Origin: a virus | DNA: 64,000 nucleotides | Direction: 5' to 3' (one strand) | IMG/VR virus record: IMGVR_UViG_3300037458_001730 | Coordinates: 32,056-96,055 of that record | In this document: positions 29,411 to 39,621 of the stretch, piece after piece | Layout of the letters: each line of letters begins with the position of its first letter | Position numbering within the stretch: the stretch's first letter is position 1 | Position numbers and translations under genes: made by a program | The notes under the pieces: model-generated | The model's database searches: none | Told to the model about the DNA's origin: nothing | What the model saw: the letters and a program-made list of their open reading frames with translations, nothing else

Positions 29411-30760
29411 ATGAGCAATAATAGAAAAATACGAGTGTTAATGGTGCCTAGTGATAGTCACGGAGTTGGACATTGGAGAAATATCTGGCCAGCGCAATCT
29501 CTTGAAAAACATTATGGTGATGAATTTGAATTAGAAATTAATATAGGTCCAAATGTTGAAAATATGGCTTATTTGAAGCAATTTGATATTATTCATTTTC
29601 ATAGAAATCTTGGCCCCGCTGAAACACAGGAAAAAGTTTTCGCTGAACTTAGAGCAGCTGGTGTAACGCTTGTAATGGACATTGATGACTATTGGGCCCC
29701 ATCTTCGACTCACCCACTTTATGAAGTTGTAAAAAATGAAAAACTTACAGAAAAAATATTGGGCACTTTAAAAATTGCTGATTATGTAACTTGTACAACT
29801 GATATTTTTGCTGAACACATTAAAAAGCATAACAAAAACGTTTTCGTAATACCTAATGCAATTGATTCTGAACATGCAATGTGGAAATCAGAAGTTCAAC
29901 CAAACCAAACAGATAAATGCAGGATATCTTGGATAGGTGGAAGTTCTCATATGAATGATTTAAATCTTATTTCTCATTCTATGAATCTTTTGTACAACAA
30001 TAAAGAACTTAAAGATAAATTTCAACTTATTATGTGTGGTTTTGATACCAGGGGGACAATAACAGAAGTGTCTCAAGATGGATCTAGAAACACAAGAAAT
30101 ATATTGCCACATGAAACTATATGGTGCAAATTTGAAGAAATTTTTACAAACAAGTATTCTTATTTAAAAACTGAAGATCCAGAATATTACAAGTGGCTTT
30201 TGAAAATAAAAAGAGAAGATTACGAAGATCAATACAAAAAAAGCTATGTTCGCAGATGGACTTTGCCATTGACTCAATATGGTAAACATTATGATTATTG
30301 CGATGTAACATTAGCGCCAATTCAAGAAATTGATAGGGTTAAAATTATGCAGAACGGAGAGGTGATCAACGAGAACGATCCAAGACCAGGCACTATGAGA
30401 TCTATACCTAACTATTTTAACTTAGTTAAATCTGAGCTTAAAATTGTAGAGGCTGGAATGAAGAAAAAATGTATAATTGCTCAAGATTTTGGTATTTACA
30501 AAGAATTAATTAAAGATGGAGTAAACGGTATTCTTGTAAAAGATAATAAAGATGGATGGTATAAAGCCATGAGAAAAGTTATCTTGGATAAAGACTACAG
30601 GGAAAGTCTTGCGAATAATCTTCATGAGTGGGTAAAAAACACTTACGAAATGAAAATTGTAAGTGCGCACAGGGTTCAATTTTACAGAGATTTATATAAC
30701 CTGAAAAAAGAAAAAAGAAACTCGTATATAAATTCTTTATCCACAGCTCAAATCATATAA
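29411..30760 (+). CDS. GT4-like (GT-B) glycosyltransferase
   Basis: GVGHWRNIWP, MDIDDYW, VIPNAID, WIGGSSH, KSELKIVEAG, IKDGVNGILV. Confidence 0.8.
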   Translation: MSNNRKIRVLMVPSDSHGVGHWRNIWPAQSLEKHYGDEFELEINIGPNVENMAYLKQFDIIHFHRNLGPAETQEKVFAELRAAGVTLVMDIDDYWAPSSTHPLYEVVKNEKLTEKILGTLKIADYVTCTTDIFAEHIKKHNKNVFVIPNAIDSEHAMWKSEVQPNQTDKCRISWIGGSSHMNDLNLISHSMNLLYNNKELKDKFQLIMCGFDTRGTITEVSQDGSRNTRNILPHETIWCKFEEIFTNKYSYLKTEDPEYYKWLLKIKREDYEDQYKKSYVRRWTLPLTQYGKHYDYCDVTLAPIQEIDRVKIMQNGEVINENDPRPGTMRSIPNYFNLVKSELKIVEAGMKKKCIIAQDFGIYKELIKDGVNGILVKDNKDGWYKAMRKVILDKDYRESLANNLHEWVKNTYEMKIVSAHRVQFYRDLYNLKKEKRNSYINSLSTAQII

Positions 30761-30763
30761 AAA

Positions 30764-31076
30764 ATGAAAAAAAATATTAAGTGTCTTAGCGTTATTTTTT
30801 ATTTTAAATTTTAACGCACAATCTGGTTGGTCAGCTGGAAATTATTACGCCCACAAAGGCCAGGAATCAATTTCTTGCGGAAATCCATTTCCAGTGTACA
30901 ACAACTATGGTAACTATGTTGGAACATATCAGTGGTGTAGAAAATTAGTTTGGACACAAAGACAATACTCAGGATATGTATATTTTTGGGGACCACAAGG
31001 GTGGTATACGCAATGGTATAGCGGATATTCTTGGTATTGTTATTGGAATGACTTTCAATCCTGGTGTGGATATTAA
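30764..31076 (+). pseudogene. Secreted Trp/Tyr-rich peptide gene carrying a +1 frameshift in an A8 tract
   Basis: ATG at 30764 is followed by 8 A. With 7 A the frame reads MKKILSVLALFFILNFNA-QSGWSAGNYY... and joins the track ORF 30894-31076, giving 103 aa. Confidence 0.7.
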
Positions 31077-31106
31077 AAAAGGCCTCAATTTTTTGAGGCC
31101 TTTTTT
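31075..31106. terminator. Bidirectional intrinsic terminator
   Basis: AAAAAAGGCCTCAA-tttt-TTGAGGCCTTTTTT between convergent genes. Confidence 0.85.
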
Positions 31107-31116
31107 GTGGTGTGTT

Positions 31117-33426
31117 TTAAAGTTTTACTGTTGTTAACTTGTCTTCTACAATAAATTTTATATCCTTTGAATCTAAGTTTAAAACCATTTCTTTTTGACT
31201 TCTATCTGAAAATTCTTTAAACCATGATTTTCCAACGATTGTTAAGAATTTAGATTTTGATATTTCTGTCATTAACCTTGTTTTTTGAGTTCTAAAAGTT
31301 TTGGATTTTTCATACAACCAATCCTGTATAGCTTGATTGTCGTTTGGATCTTTTAGATTTTTGACGAATTGCCTAAACTCTTTAATTGCTGGAACTAATA
31401 ACTCTTGACGGCCCGTTACTGAACCATTGGCATCTAAAGTTCTTTCTGCAGTCTCCACATCTTTTGCGCTCATGCTAGTAGATAGTTTATCTATCTTTAT
31501 TTCAAGCGTGTTAACAACAATTTCTTCTCCAGATTTTTCAACAACTTTTGCTGGAGCAAATCCGTTATCTTTTAAACCAAGTGATGCTAACCACAAAGCA
31601 GCTTCGGAGCCATATTGTTCCTCAAAGTTTTTATCAACACCTTTAAACAACCTCTTTTTAAGAGCTGTAAATACTGTGTTTGCAGCTTGTAGTTTTAACA
31701 ATTCCCAAGAATTAATAAAAACGTCTTTAGCAGAAAGAGAACTTACCATTTTTCTGTTTATCACTGGTATATTCTCGAAATTTAAAACATAGATTTTTCC
31801 ACTTTGATATTGTTCGCCATGCAATAAACCATTTAATTGTAATTTGTTGAATGTTTCTTCTGATAAAGACACTGGTAAATTATAAGAGTGTATAATTCCA
31901 TCCTTTACAATTGTGTAATTTCTGAAAATTTTTGTTGGAAATTTTGATTTTATTCCAAAATTATTTTTAGGTAGAAAAACATAACCTGGAAAAGTAACCG
32001 AAACAGACAGGTTTGCTCTTTTGTCATTCCATGTTAAATCATTAAAAGAACATGGCTGTAATTCGTTGTCATAATTAAATTCAAGCTCTTCATTTGTTTT
32101 CTCTTTAATTTCGTCTATGGTTTTTTGTATATCTGATAAATTTCCGTCTTTTAATTTTTGCTCTATTTTTTCTTTATCTTCTTCGCTTAATCTATCTGAT
32201 TTAGAAACTGTTTTTGAACTTATCTTTTTATAAGAAAAAGATTCATGTTGTGGATACCAAAAATTTTGTTCGTTGCTCATTAAATCAGATAACATGTCAA
32301 TTACACAATATGCGTCTTCTGATGGTTCTAAATTTGGGTTATAACCATCTTTGTATCTATCTGATGGGTTGTTTATACAGGAGACAAATTTTTCTTCAAG
32401 CTCTGTAATTTTTTGAGTCCCAAACGTGTTTGCTTTAATTTTTATAAGATTAGCGTCGCCAATCATTTTTAGCAACTCAGAAACGGTATTGTAGTCATTT
32501 TTTCTGCTAAACGCAAAAAGAGATGCATAAAAACCAACCAACATTTCGTCATTTGCATATTCTCCACTTATATATTTTTTATTAAAATATTCAGCGCCAC
32601 CTAAATAGTTTCCGATTGGCTCTTGTTTTGTGATGTAAAAAATGTTTGTTTGTCCATTTACGCTAATAGAAACTTCATTACTTGCGTTTGGCGAATAAAG
32701 AATAACATCTTTGTCAACAACATTCCAAACGACATCAAACTCTGGTGTTCTATCTAAGTGAACATATGTTCTTCTGTTTTGATTTTTATTTGTAAACTGC
32801 TTACTTAAATAAGGATCTAGATCTTGAAAGCTTTTTGACACTGTGTGTATTCCACCAAACACCTGGGCCATTCTACTCATAAGCTCTCTGTTACAGTAAT
32901 AACCGTATTCTACAATAGTAGCTCCATTTATATAATCTTTTAGATCATCAATGGTATTTAAAATTTCTTTTTCTGACCAGCAATTGTCACAACCATCGGT
33001 TAAAAAAAACAATGAGTGTAAATAATCTTTTTTGTAAGAATTTATGTTTTTAATTACTTTTTTAGCCTCTTCTAATGGTTGTTTGAACGCTGTTAAACCT
33101 TGAGGGGTTAAATATTTATCTATGGCATTCTTTACGTTTGTGAGGCTTATATTGCTACTTACTTGATAATCTTCTAAAACCACACCAAATTCATTTTTGC
33201 CTGAAAACCAAATAATTGTAGTTGAATCGTTTGGTTTTAATATGGTTGAAATTTTATTAAACAGATCTTTTCTTATTTTTACAAGTTGGTCGCTCATGGA
33301 ACCAGAACAATCAATTATAAACAAATGGTGCGTGTTAATATCTACCAATCTTTCTCTTTGTTCTGTAAAATCGACAATTTGTTGAGCGAAATACAGGTCT
33401 TTGTTTATTTTTAAATAATTAATCAT
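31117..33426 (-). CDS. Large vWA-domain protein
   Basis: IIDCSGSM, GLTAF and FFLTDGCDN MIDAS motifs at the N-terminus; long C-terminal region of unknown function. Confidence 0.8.
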   Translation of the reverse strand: MINYLKINKDLYFAQQIVDFTEQRERLVDINTHHLFIIDCSGSMSDQLVKIRKDLFNKISTILKPNDSTTIIWFSGKNEFGVVLEDYQVSSNISLTNVKNAIDKYLTPQGLTAFKQPLEEAKKVIKNINSYKKDYLHSLFFLTDGCDNCWSEKEILNTIDDLKDYINGATIVEYGYYCNRELMSRMAQVFGGIHTVSKSFQDLDPYLSKQFTNKNQNRRTYVHLDRTPEFDVVWNVVDKDVILYSPNASNEVSISVNGQTNIFYITKQEPIGNYLGGAEYFNKKYISGEYANDEMLVGFYASLFAFSRKNDYNTVSELLKMIGDANLIKIKANTFGTQKITELEEKFVSCINNPSDRYKDGYNPNLEPSEDAYCVIDMLSDLMSNEQNFWYPQHESFSYKKISSKTVSKSDRLSEEDKEKIEQKLKDGNLSDIQKTIDEIKEKTNEELEFNYDNELQPCSFNDLTWNDKRANLSVSVTFPGYVFLPKNNFGIKSKFPTKIFRNYTIVKDGIIHSYNLPVSLSEETFNKLQLNGLLHGEQYQSGKIYVLNFENIPVINRKMVSSLSAKDVFINSWELLKLQAANTVFTALKKRLFKGVDKNFEEQYGSEAALWLASLGLKDNGFAPAKVVEKSGEEIVVNTLEIKIDKLSTSMSAKDVETAERTLDANGSVTGRQELLVPAIKEFRQFVKNLKDPNDNQAIQDWLYEKSKTFRTQKTRLMTEISKSKFLTIVGKSWFKEFSDRSQKEMVLNLDSKDIKFIVEDKLTTVKL

Positions 33427-33461
33427 GTGTTTTAGTTTAAAAGTTTTTTATATTTTACTAT

Positions 33462-33493
33462 CAAATATATTGTTTTTTTTGTTGACATGCAAA
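33462..33493 (-). promoter_or_regulatory. Bacteroidota sigma70 promoter (-33 TTTG / -7 TAnnTTTG)
   Basis: On the - strand: TTTG-N20-TATATTTG, a perfect consensus upstream of the vWA gene. Confidence 0.7.
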
Positions 33494-33526
33494 AAAAATA
33501 GATATTTATTGTAAAACGCTTATATT

Positions 33527-34354
33527 ATGAAAGAAACTAGCTATAATTTTGGTGCAATAAGAGATTCCATAATGAGATTATCTGCAGCAGAAATGATTAA
33601 AGAATCAAAAAGTCCAACTTTAGATAAATTTGCAAGCATTGTTCAAAAAAACCCAATTTTTCAAAAACAACATTTATTTTTTAAAAACATACAAGAATGT
33701 AAAGCGTTTGAAAAAGAAAGGTTGGCGGATAGATTTTTAAATCAAAATCTTCAACTTTTTATAAATGAAAGGTGGGAAAACATTATTGCCGAAAATAAGA
33801 AAATAAGAAAAGAGTTTTTGGATAATGCCCATGTAGAAGCCAGAAAAGATGGCAAATTATTTGAAGCTATTAATGTTTTAATTGAAGCTAGGACCAGGCC
33901 AGGTTTTTCTGATTTTGAAAGAGAACAGGAAAGTTATGAAGTAGTAATGAATCATTTGACCAGGCCAGTTATTTCAGAATCTGAAAAATCAAAAGAAAAG
34001 AACGATTCCCCAAAATTGGTAAAAGACGCTTGGAAGTTTATAACTAAAGTAGCTGTAAGCAATTTTAACGAAAGATTTTCTCATCTTAACGAAAATGAAA
34101 AAAAGGTTTTTAAGATCTTAATCTCTGATTTTGAAACAAAGCGCGATTATTTTGAGTCTCTTAGAGCAGAAAATATTCAGACTATAAACAAAAAAATAAC
34201 TGAGGAAAAATCTAAAAATATTTCTGATTTAAAAACAATTGGTTTATTACATGAGTTTAAAAACAAGCTTGAAAAAATGAAAGGAATAGATTTTAACTCA
34301 ATTGATGATGGTATAATATCTTGTTTTGAGTTAAAAGAAACTTTAAACAAATAA
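33527..34354 (+). CDS. Hypothetical helical protein of the head module
   Basis: TATTTATT at 33503-33510; lies upstream of the protease/scaffold/capsid block. Confidence 0.7.
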   Translation: MKETSYNFGAIRDSIMRLSAAEMIKESKSPTLDKFASIVQKNPIFQKQHLFFKNIQECKAFEKERLADRFLNQNLQLFINERWENIIAENKKIRKEFLDNAHVEARKDGKLFEAINVLIEARTRPGFSDFEREQESYEVVMNHLTRPVISESEKSKEKNDSPKLVKDAWKFITKVAVSNFNERFSHLNENEKKVFKILISDFETKRDYFESLRAENIQTINKKITEEKSKNISDLKTIGLLHEFKNKLEKMKGIDFNSIDDGIISCFELKETLNK

Positions 34355-34356
34355 AT

Positions 34357-34383
34357 AAAGCCCACTTTTTAGTGGGTTTTTTT
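34357..34383 (+). terminator. Intrinsic terminator
   Basis: AAAGCCCACT-tttt-AGTGGGTTTTTTT. Confidence 0.8.
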
Positions 34384-34429
34384 GTTTTTAACAAACATAA
34401 TTGTTATATTTTTTAAACAATATTATGTT

Positions 34430-34939
34430 ATGTCTAAATACAAAAGAACAGCTAGAGAAATAATTGTTTCTGATAAACTCATAAACAATAAAAATATAAA
34501 TGTAAAAATAGGAACCGTAGAAAATAGAGATGGGCCAGATACTATTTATATATTTATTAGTTTTTGGCTTCAACCTAAAAAACAATTTAAAAACAACGAA
34601 CAAGAAGATCTAAAAAATTTGTTATCTCAAGAGCTTGGAAAAATTTACAACGAATCTCTAAAAAAAGAATTAGCTAAAAACAATCTTTTTCCACAAGAAA
34701 AAGAAAACATATACATAAAAAACATACCTGAAAACCTAAATTATAACGATAAAAGAAACTTTATTTCAATAGAATTATATCTACATACATGTAATTTGTT
34801 TAATAATGTAAAATTACCTTTAAATGCCAAGAAAAACACAACTTTATATGACGAAGCTGTCAGAATAAGTAATATAATGGGTGAGTCTAAAATTCTTAAA
34901 GGTGAATCTAGTTTTGAAATAAGTAAAAAATCAATTTAA
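34430..34939 (+). CDS. Hypothetical protein
   Basis: The ATG at 34430 (MSKYKRTARE) follows TTTG-N20-TATATTTT (34381-34412). The track's TTG start lies inside the terminator tail. Confidence 0.7.
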   Translation: MSKYKRTAREIIVSDKLINNKNINVKIGTVENRDGPDTIYIFISFWLQPKKQFKNNEQEDLKNLLSQELGKIYNESLKKELAKNNLFPQEKENIYIKNIPENLNYNDKRNFISIELYLHTCNLFNNVKLPLNAKKNTTLYDEAVRISNIMGESKILKGESSFEISKKSI

Positions 34940-34975
34940 AATCACAATTTTATTTGTCTATTTATAATAAAAAAT

Positions 34976-35494
34976 ATGACAAAGAAAGTAACCTTATCTG
35001 AATTAAAAAATTATATAATTTCAGAATCAAAAAAGTTATACAACAACGAAGTTGCTAAAGATAAAGGTTCAAAATTAAAAAAAGAATTTTTGTCGTTATA
35101 CGAAAACGTTGAAAGCTATGTATCAACTCAATTAATTGACCCAGAAGAACTGAAGAAAATTAGACAAAACTTGCTAAAAAAAGCAGCTGGTTGGCAATTT
35201 ACTGAACTTACACAGGTTCTTTCAGAAAAAAAAGTAAACCCCTGGGCCGTATGCCACGCTTCAACTGGACCTGAAAAAGACGATAAATTTGAAAAGTGTG
35301 TTATAGCTGTAAAAGATAAACAAGGTCTAAAAAAAGAATCACAAGATGAATACAAAGAATTTAGATTTAAATTAAAACACGATAAAGGTACAATAACAAT
35401 AAAGACAAAAGCTAAAGATTTAGAGACAGCAAAGAAAAACATCGCAAAAGCAGAAGGTTGTCCAGAAAGCGCCTTAACACTGATAAAAAAATAA
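34976..35494 (+). CDS. Putative internal head protein
   Basis: MTKKVTLSELKNYIISES N-terminal motif, NPWAVC...FEKCV Cys pair, TATTTATA at 34959-34966. Confidence 0.65.
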   Translation: MTKKVTLSELKNYIISESKKLYNNEVAKDKGSKLKKEFLSLYENVESYVSTQLIDPEELKKIRQNLLKKAAGWQFTELTQVLSEKKVNPWAVCHASTGPEKDDKFEKCVIAVKDKQGLKKESQDEYKEFRFKLKHDKGTITIKTKAKDLETAKKNIAKAEGCPESALTLIKK

Positions 35495-35509
35495 AACGAC
35501 ATTTTTTAT

Positions 35510-35537
35510 AAAACCCCCACAAAATGGGGGTTTTTTT
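35510..35537 (+). terminator. Intrinsic terminator
   Basis: AAAACCCCCA-caaaa-TGGGGGTTTTTTT. Confidence 0.85.
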
Positions 35538-35593
35538 ATGCTCATATAGAAAATTAAAAAAATCTGATTATTTATAATAAATTATTTTACAAT

Positions 35594-36265
35594 ATGTTAA
35601 ACGACAATCCTAAATATATAATCTCTGAATTCTTCGAATTCAAAACTAGTGATAAAATCATTAAGGAATCGGAGCAACTTGGAAAACCTCTCGTAATGAC
35701 TGGCATCCTTCAAAAAGCAGACACAGAAAATAGAAATGGTAGAATATATCCATTTGCAATTTTAAAAAGAGAGGTTGATAAGTATATGGAACTTGTAGAA
35801 AGCAATACCGCTGGTGGAGAATTAGATCACCCAGATAATGCTGTTGTATCACTAGCTAATGTGTCTCATAGAGTAATTGATATGTGGTGGGAAGGAAAAG
35901 ATCTTTATGGTAGAGTTTTAGTTGCCGAAGATGTTGAAGCTGGTAAAAAATTAAAGGGTTTATTAAAAGCTGGTTTTACTTTAGGTATTTCATCAAGAGG
36001 TGTAGGTTCTGTAAAATCTATTCATGGCGCAGATGTTGTTCAAGATGACTTTGAATTAATCGCTTTTGATTTCGTTTCAACTCCTTCAACACCTGGAGCA
36101 TATTTATTTAAAGAAGGTAAAGAAAAATTAAAAAGAGGTATGGTGCCTTTTAACGAAGCTGCAAAAAGCATTGTAATACCAGCTTCTGAAGCTTTACAGG
36201 AAGAATACGAGCATTATACTAAGCTTTTTGAGTTGTCTAAGAAAGATTTTTGGAAAAAAATGTAA
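35594..36265 (+). CDS. gp21: Prohead core protease (T4 gp21-like)
   Basis: NRNGRIYP, GELDHP, NVSH, GISSRGVGS, DFVSTPS. Confidence 0.95.
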   Translation: MLNDNPKYIISEFFEFKTSDKIIKESEQLGKPLVMTGILQKADTENRNGRIYPFAILKREVDKYMELVESNTAGGELDHPDNAVVSLANVSHRVIDMWWEGKDLYGRVLVAEDVEAGKKLKGLLKAGFTLGISSRGVGSVKSIHGADVVQDDFELIAFDFVSTPSTPGAYLFKEGKEKLKRGMVPFNEAAKSIVIPASEALQEEYEHYTKLFELSKKDFWKKM

Positions 36266-36341
36266 AAAAAATATTTTTTGGAATTTTTATAATATTTATT
36301 AACAAATACTTTTACAAAATAAAGAGTTAATCTACATCAAA

Positions 36342-37772
36342 ATGAGCGATAACAAAAATAAATCACCGCTAGAAGAAGCTAAAGAAAAATATGAGGAAAT
36401 TACCAAGTTTGCTCAAGAACAAGCTGCTGAGGCTTTAGAAGAAAAAGTGGCTGAGACTCTAAAAGAATTTTTCAACAAAAAGTTGAACGAAGACACAACT
36501 ATAAACATTGATTCAACTGGCAATGTTGAAATTAAAACTGATGGTGAAGTTGTTGATCTTGAAAATGGGTCAAATGGTGTTGATTTAGATTCCGAAGATA
36601 ATTCAATAGAAAACATAGATACAGACCCTTCAGATGATGAAGAGTTTGAAGTATCTGATGATGAAGATGAAATTGCTATTGGAGAAGCTGAGTGGCTACC
36701 AGAAATGTCAAATGAAATCAAAACTCCAATGGAGGAAAAAATTGAACAAGAAAATATGGAAGAAATAAACAAAATGATGGAAGATAATGTTGCTCCTGCA
36801 ACAACTCCAGCTCAAGCCCCAGAGGGTGAAGTAGAAACGCAAGCAGCTCCTGTGACAAATCCAGAAGCAGCTTCAGCCGAAACAGCGGAAAAACCATCTG
36901 CTACTATTGATGATTTACTTCCAAAACTTGACACAGTTATAAATTTAATGATGCAACAAATGGGTGGTGAAACAGATAAGGCTCCTGAAGCTAATGTAGC
37001 GCCAAACGCAGAAGCTGGAACAGAACAAGAATTTGAAGTTATTGATGATGAAGCGCAAAGCGCAGCACCAGCAACTCCAGCTCCAGCTCCAGCTCCAGCA
37101 GCTCCAACAATGGAAGAAGAAATAGAAATTGAAGATTTTGAAGATAATAATTTTATCGACGAGATGGAAGAAGAAATGTTGGAGATTGAAGGCATTGATG
37201 ATGAAGACAAAGTTGATGAAGTTAGAGGCGTAGGATTCACCGCATTAAAAACAGGACAAAGACAAATGGCAGCTGATAACATGAAATCAAACAAAGGACA
37301 TCATGCGCCAGTTGGTATAAACGAAAATAAAGCTCACGATGAGTCTAAATTAGACGAGCTAATAAAGGAAAACAATAGTTTGAAAAAAGAAATAGATTCT
37401 CTTAAAAAAGAGAGAAAAAATTTCGAATCAGCGTTTTCTAAACTGAGAACTCAGTTCAATGAAATGCAATTGTTCAATGGTAAACTTGTATTGGTGAATA
37501 AAGTGTTAACAAATGGTGGACTTACAAAAGAAGAAAAACTTAAAGTATGCGAACAATTTGATAGCGCTAAAACACACGAAGAGGCTGCTAAGATTTACAA
37601 AAACATTATGAAAGAAAACAACATTAAAGTTGAAAGTAATGGTATGGAGAGATTAAAAGCCGCAGGAACAAATACAGCTAAACCAAAAAGTACTTCAGAG
37701 CCACTTTACGAAAGTGCAGAGGCAAGAAGAAACAGGCAACTTGCTGGAATTGATAAATTAGAAGAAAACTAA
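36342..37772 (+). CDS. Prohead scaffolding protein (gp22-like)
   Basis: Sits between protease and capsid genes; acidic, Pro/Ala linker, C-terminal coiled coil ending RNRQLAGI. Confidence 0.75.
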   Translation: MSDNKNKSPLEEAKEKYEEITKFAQEQAAEALEEKVAETLKEFFNKKLNEDTTINIDSTGNVEIKTDGEVVDLENGSNGVDLDSEDNSIENIDTDPSDDEEFEVSDDEDEIAIGEAEWLPEMSNEIKTPMEEKIEQENMEEINKMMEDNVAPATTPAQAPEGEVETQAAPVTNPEAASAETAEKPSATIDDLLPKLDTVINLMMQQMGGETDKAPEANVAPNAEAGTEQEFEVIDDEAQSAAPATPAPAPAPAAPTMEEEIEIEDFEDNNFIDEMEEEMLEIEGIDDEDKVDEVRGVGFTALKTGQRQMAADNMKSNKGHHAPVGINENKAHDESKLDELIKENNSLKKEIDSLKKERKNFESAFSKLRTQFNEMQLFNGKLVLVNKVLTNGGLTKEEKLKVCEQFDSAKTHEEAAKIYKNIMKENNIKVESNGMERLKAAGTNTAKPKSTSEPLYESAEARRNRQLAGIDKLEEN

Positions 37773-37826
37773 AAAACAAAAAAAAGAAAAAATAGTAAAA
37801 AAAATATAAAAAACATTTTTTGTTAC

Positions 37827-37834
37827 TATTTATA
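37827..37834 (+). promoter_or_regulatory. Putative late promoter motif TATTTATA
   Basis: Upstream of the major capsid gene; the motif recurs before most structural genes. Confidence 0.65.
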
Positions 37835-37860
37835 ACAAACAATTTAAAAAAACAAAAAAA

Positions 37861-39522
37861 ATGAGCGAATTATTAAATAGCGGAAAAGTAGGTCTAACCG
37901 TGTTTAAATCATTAGCAGAACAAAGAAATGCTATTGTAAACAACTGGAAAGACTCTGGATTACTTGAAGGCCTTCGTGGTATCAAGAAATCAAACATTGC
38001 GCAACTTTTGGAAAGTCAAGCTCAGTCTATGTTGAATGAGGTTACTCTAGACTCGGCTGCAGGTAGATTTGACACTGTTGCGTTCCCAATCGTGAGAAGA
38101 GTATTCTCAAGATTATTAGCTAATGAGATTGTATCTGTACAACCTTTAGCTTTACCTTCTGGTTTATTGTTCTACATGGACGCAAGAGTTTCATTTAACG
38201 GTGCTGACTCTACACAAGCTAACCCAGCGTATCCAACAATGCCAGATAACTCTGGTGCAGGAGCATACAGCAAAAAATCACCTTTCAATCAAGCAACAAA
38301 CCAAACTGGTCCTACATTTGCATCTACAAGTGCTTATGAAAGATTCTATAACAATAGAGGTTTTGATTTGTCATTTGGTACTGGTGAAACTGCTGTTGGT
38401 ACTACTGCAACTATGAATATGGGTGTATTCAGCGGAAGTGGTATTGCAAACAAAACTTTCACTTTGGGTGCTGGTTTCAGCTTCTCAAGAGCACAATCTT
38501 CAGCATCTCTTAGATTGTCTGCTGTTACTGCTGTGTATTACTCAGCTGCAACTGGTAACATTCTAATTGTTCCTGCTGGTGGAAGATTACCTTATTACTC
38601 ACAAGTTCAAACTTGGACTAACGACCAATTCGAAAACAACGAATTAGACGCAGTTGTTGACCTTCGTGTAAACGGTATCTATGGTTCAGATTTCAATTAC
38701 CTTATGCTTAACAACGGTGCTGGTACTTTCGGTACTTCATACACTTTAAGCATTGTTCCAGCTTATGAGGTTTATAATGACCTTGAAGCTAGATCAGAAA
38801 TGGGTGAGATCACCATCAGATTCTCTTCTGTAACAGTTAACACTATTACTAGAAAACTTAGAGCACACTGGACTCCTGAACTTGCTCAAGATTTGGAAGC
38901 ATACCACTCAATCGACGCTGAAGCTGAATTGACAGCTTTATTGTCTGAGCATATCGCTGCTGAGATCGACAGAGAAATCTTAATCGACCTTATCAATGGT
39001 GCACCTTTCAGAGCTCGTTGGGATTACAAAGGTTTGTCAAACAACGCAAACTTCTTTGGTACTCAAAAAGACTGGAACCAAACTTTGATTACAAGAATCA
39101 ATGAGGTTTCTGCTCAAATCCACAAAGCAACTCTTAGAGGTGGTGCTAACTGGGTAGTATGTTCAGCTGAGGCTGGAGCTATCTTCGACGATTTGGAATA
39201 CTTCCACGTTGATGGTTCAGCTCAACCTGAGTCAGAAAAATACAACCTTGGTGTAGAAAAAATTGGTAACCTTGGTTCAAGATATGTGGTTTACAAAGAC
39301 CCTTACTTGCCTGCTCCAATTGTGTTGATTGGTCACAAAGGAAATACTTTCCTTGAGGCTGGTTACATCTACGCACCATACATCCCTCTTCAGTTAACTC
39401 AAACTATCTATGACGCTAACGATTTCACACCAAGAAAAGGAATCATGACTCGTTACGCTAAGAAAATGGTTAACAACAGGTTCTACGGTGTTATCTACAT
39501 CGACAACATCAACACTTACTAA
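37861..39522 (+). CDS. gp23: Major capsid protein (T4 gp23-like)
   Basis: VSVQPL..PSGLLFY, TRKLRAHWTPELAQDLEAYH, IAAEIDREI, YAPYIPL, FTPRKGIMTRYA; visibly biased toward C-ending codons. Confidence 0.97.
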   Translation: MSELLNSGKVGLTVFKSLAEQRNAIVNNWKDSGLLEGLRGIKKSNIAQLLESQAQSMLNEVTLDSAAGRFDTVAFPIVRRVFSRLLANEIVSVQPLALPSGLLFYMDARVSFNGADSTQANPAYPTMPDNSGAGAYSKKSPFNQATNQTGPTFASTSAYERFYNNRGFDLSFGTGETAVGTTATMNMGVFSGSGIANKTFTLGAGFSFSRAQSSASLRLSAVTAVYYSAATGNILIVPAGGRLPYYSQVQTWTNDQFENNELDAVVDLRVNGIYGSDFNYLMLNNGAGTFGTSYTLSIVPAYEVYNDLEARSEMGEITIRFSSVTVNTITRKLRAHWTPELAQDLEAYHSIDAEAELTALLSEHIAAEIDREILIDLINGAPFRARWDYKGLSNNANFFGTQKDWNQTLITRINEVSAQIHKATLRGGANWVVCSAEAGAIFDDLEYFHVDGSAQPESEKYNLGVEKIGNLGSRYVVYKDPYLPAPIVLIGHKGNTFLEAGYIYAPYIPLQLTQTIYDANDFTPRKGIMTRYAKKMVNNRFYGVIYIDNINTY

Positions 39523-39537
39523 TCAATTAGTATATCT

Positions 39538-39570
39538 AAAAAGAGAGCTCAAAAGGCTCTCTTTTTTTTT
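39538..39570 (+). terminator. Intrinsic terminator after the capsid gene
   Basis: AAAAAGAGAGC-tcaaaag-GCTCTCTTTTTTTTT. Confidence 0.88.
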
Positions 39571-39621
39571 GAAAAAATTTAACTCCTAAATTTGGTGTAA
39601 TGACTTTTTTATTGTATATTT

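Noticed and set aside
37861-39522. Intein or intron in the capsid gene insertion
   Set aside because: The frame is continuous and lacks intein splice motifs; the extra segment reads as a Gly/Ser/Thr-rich insertion domain.
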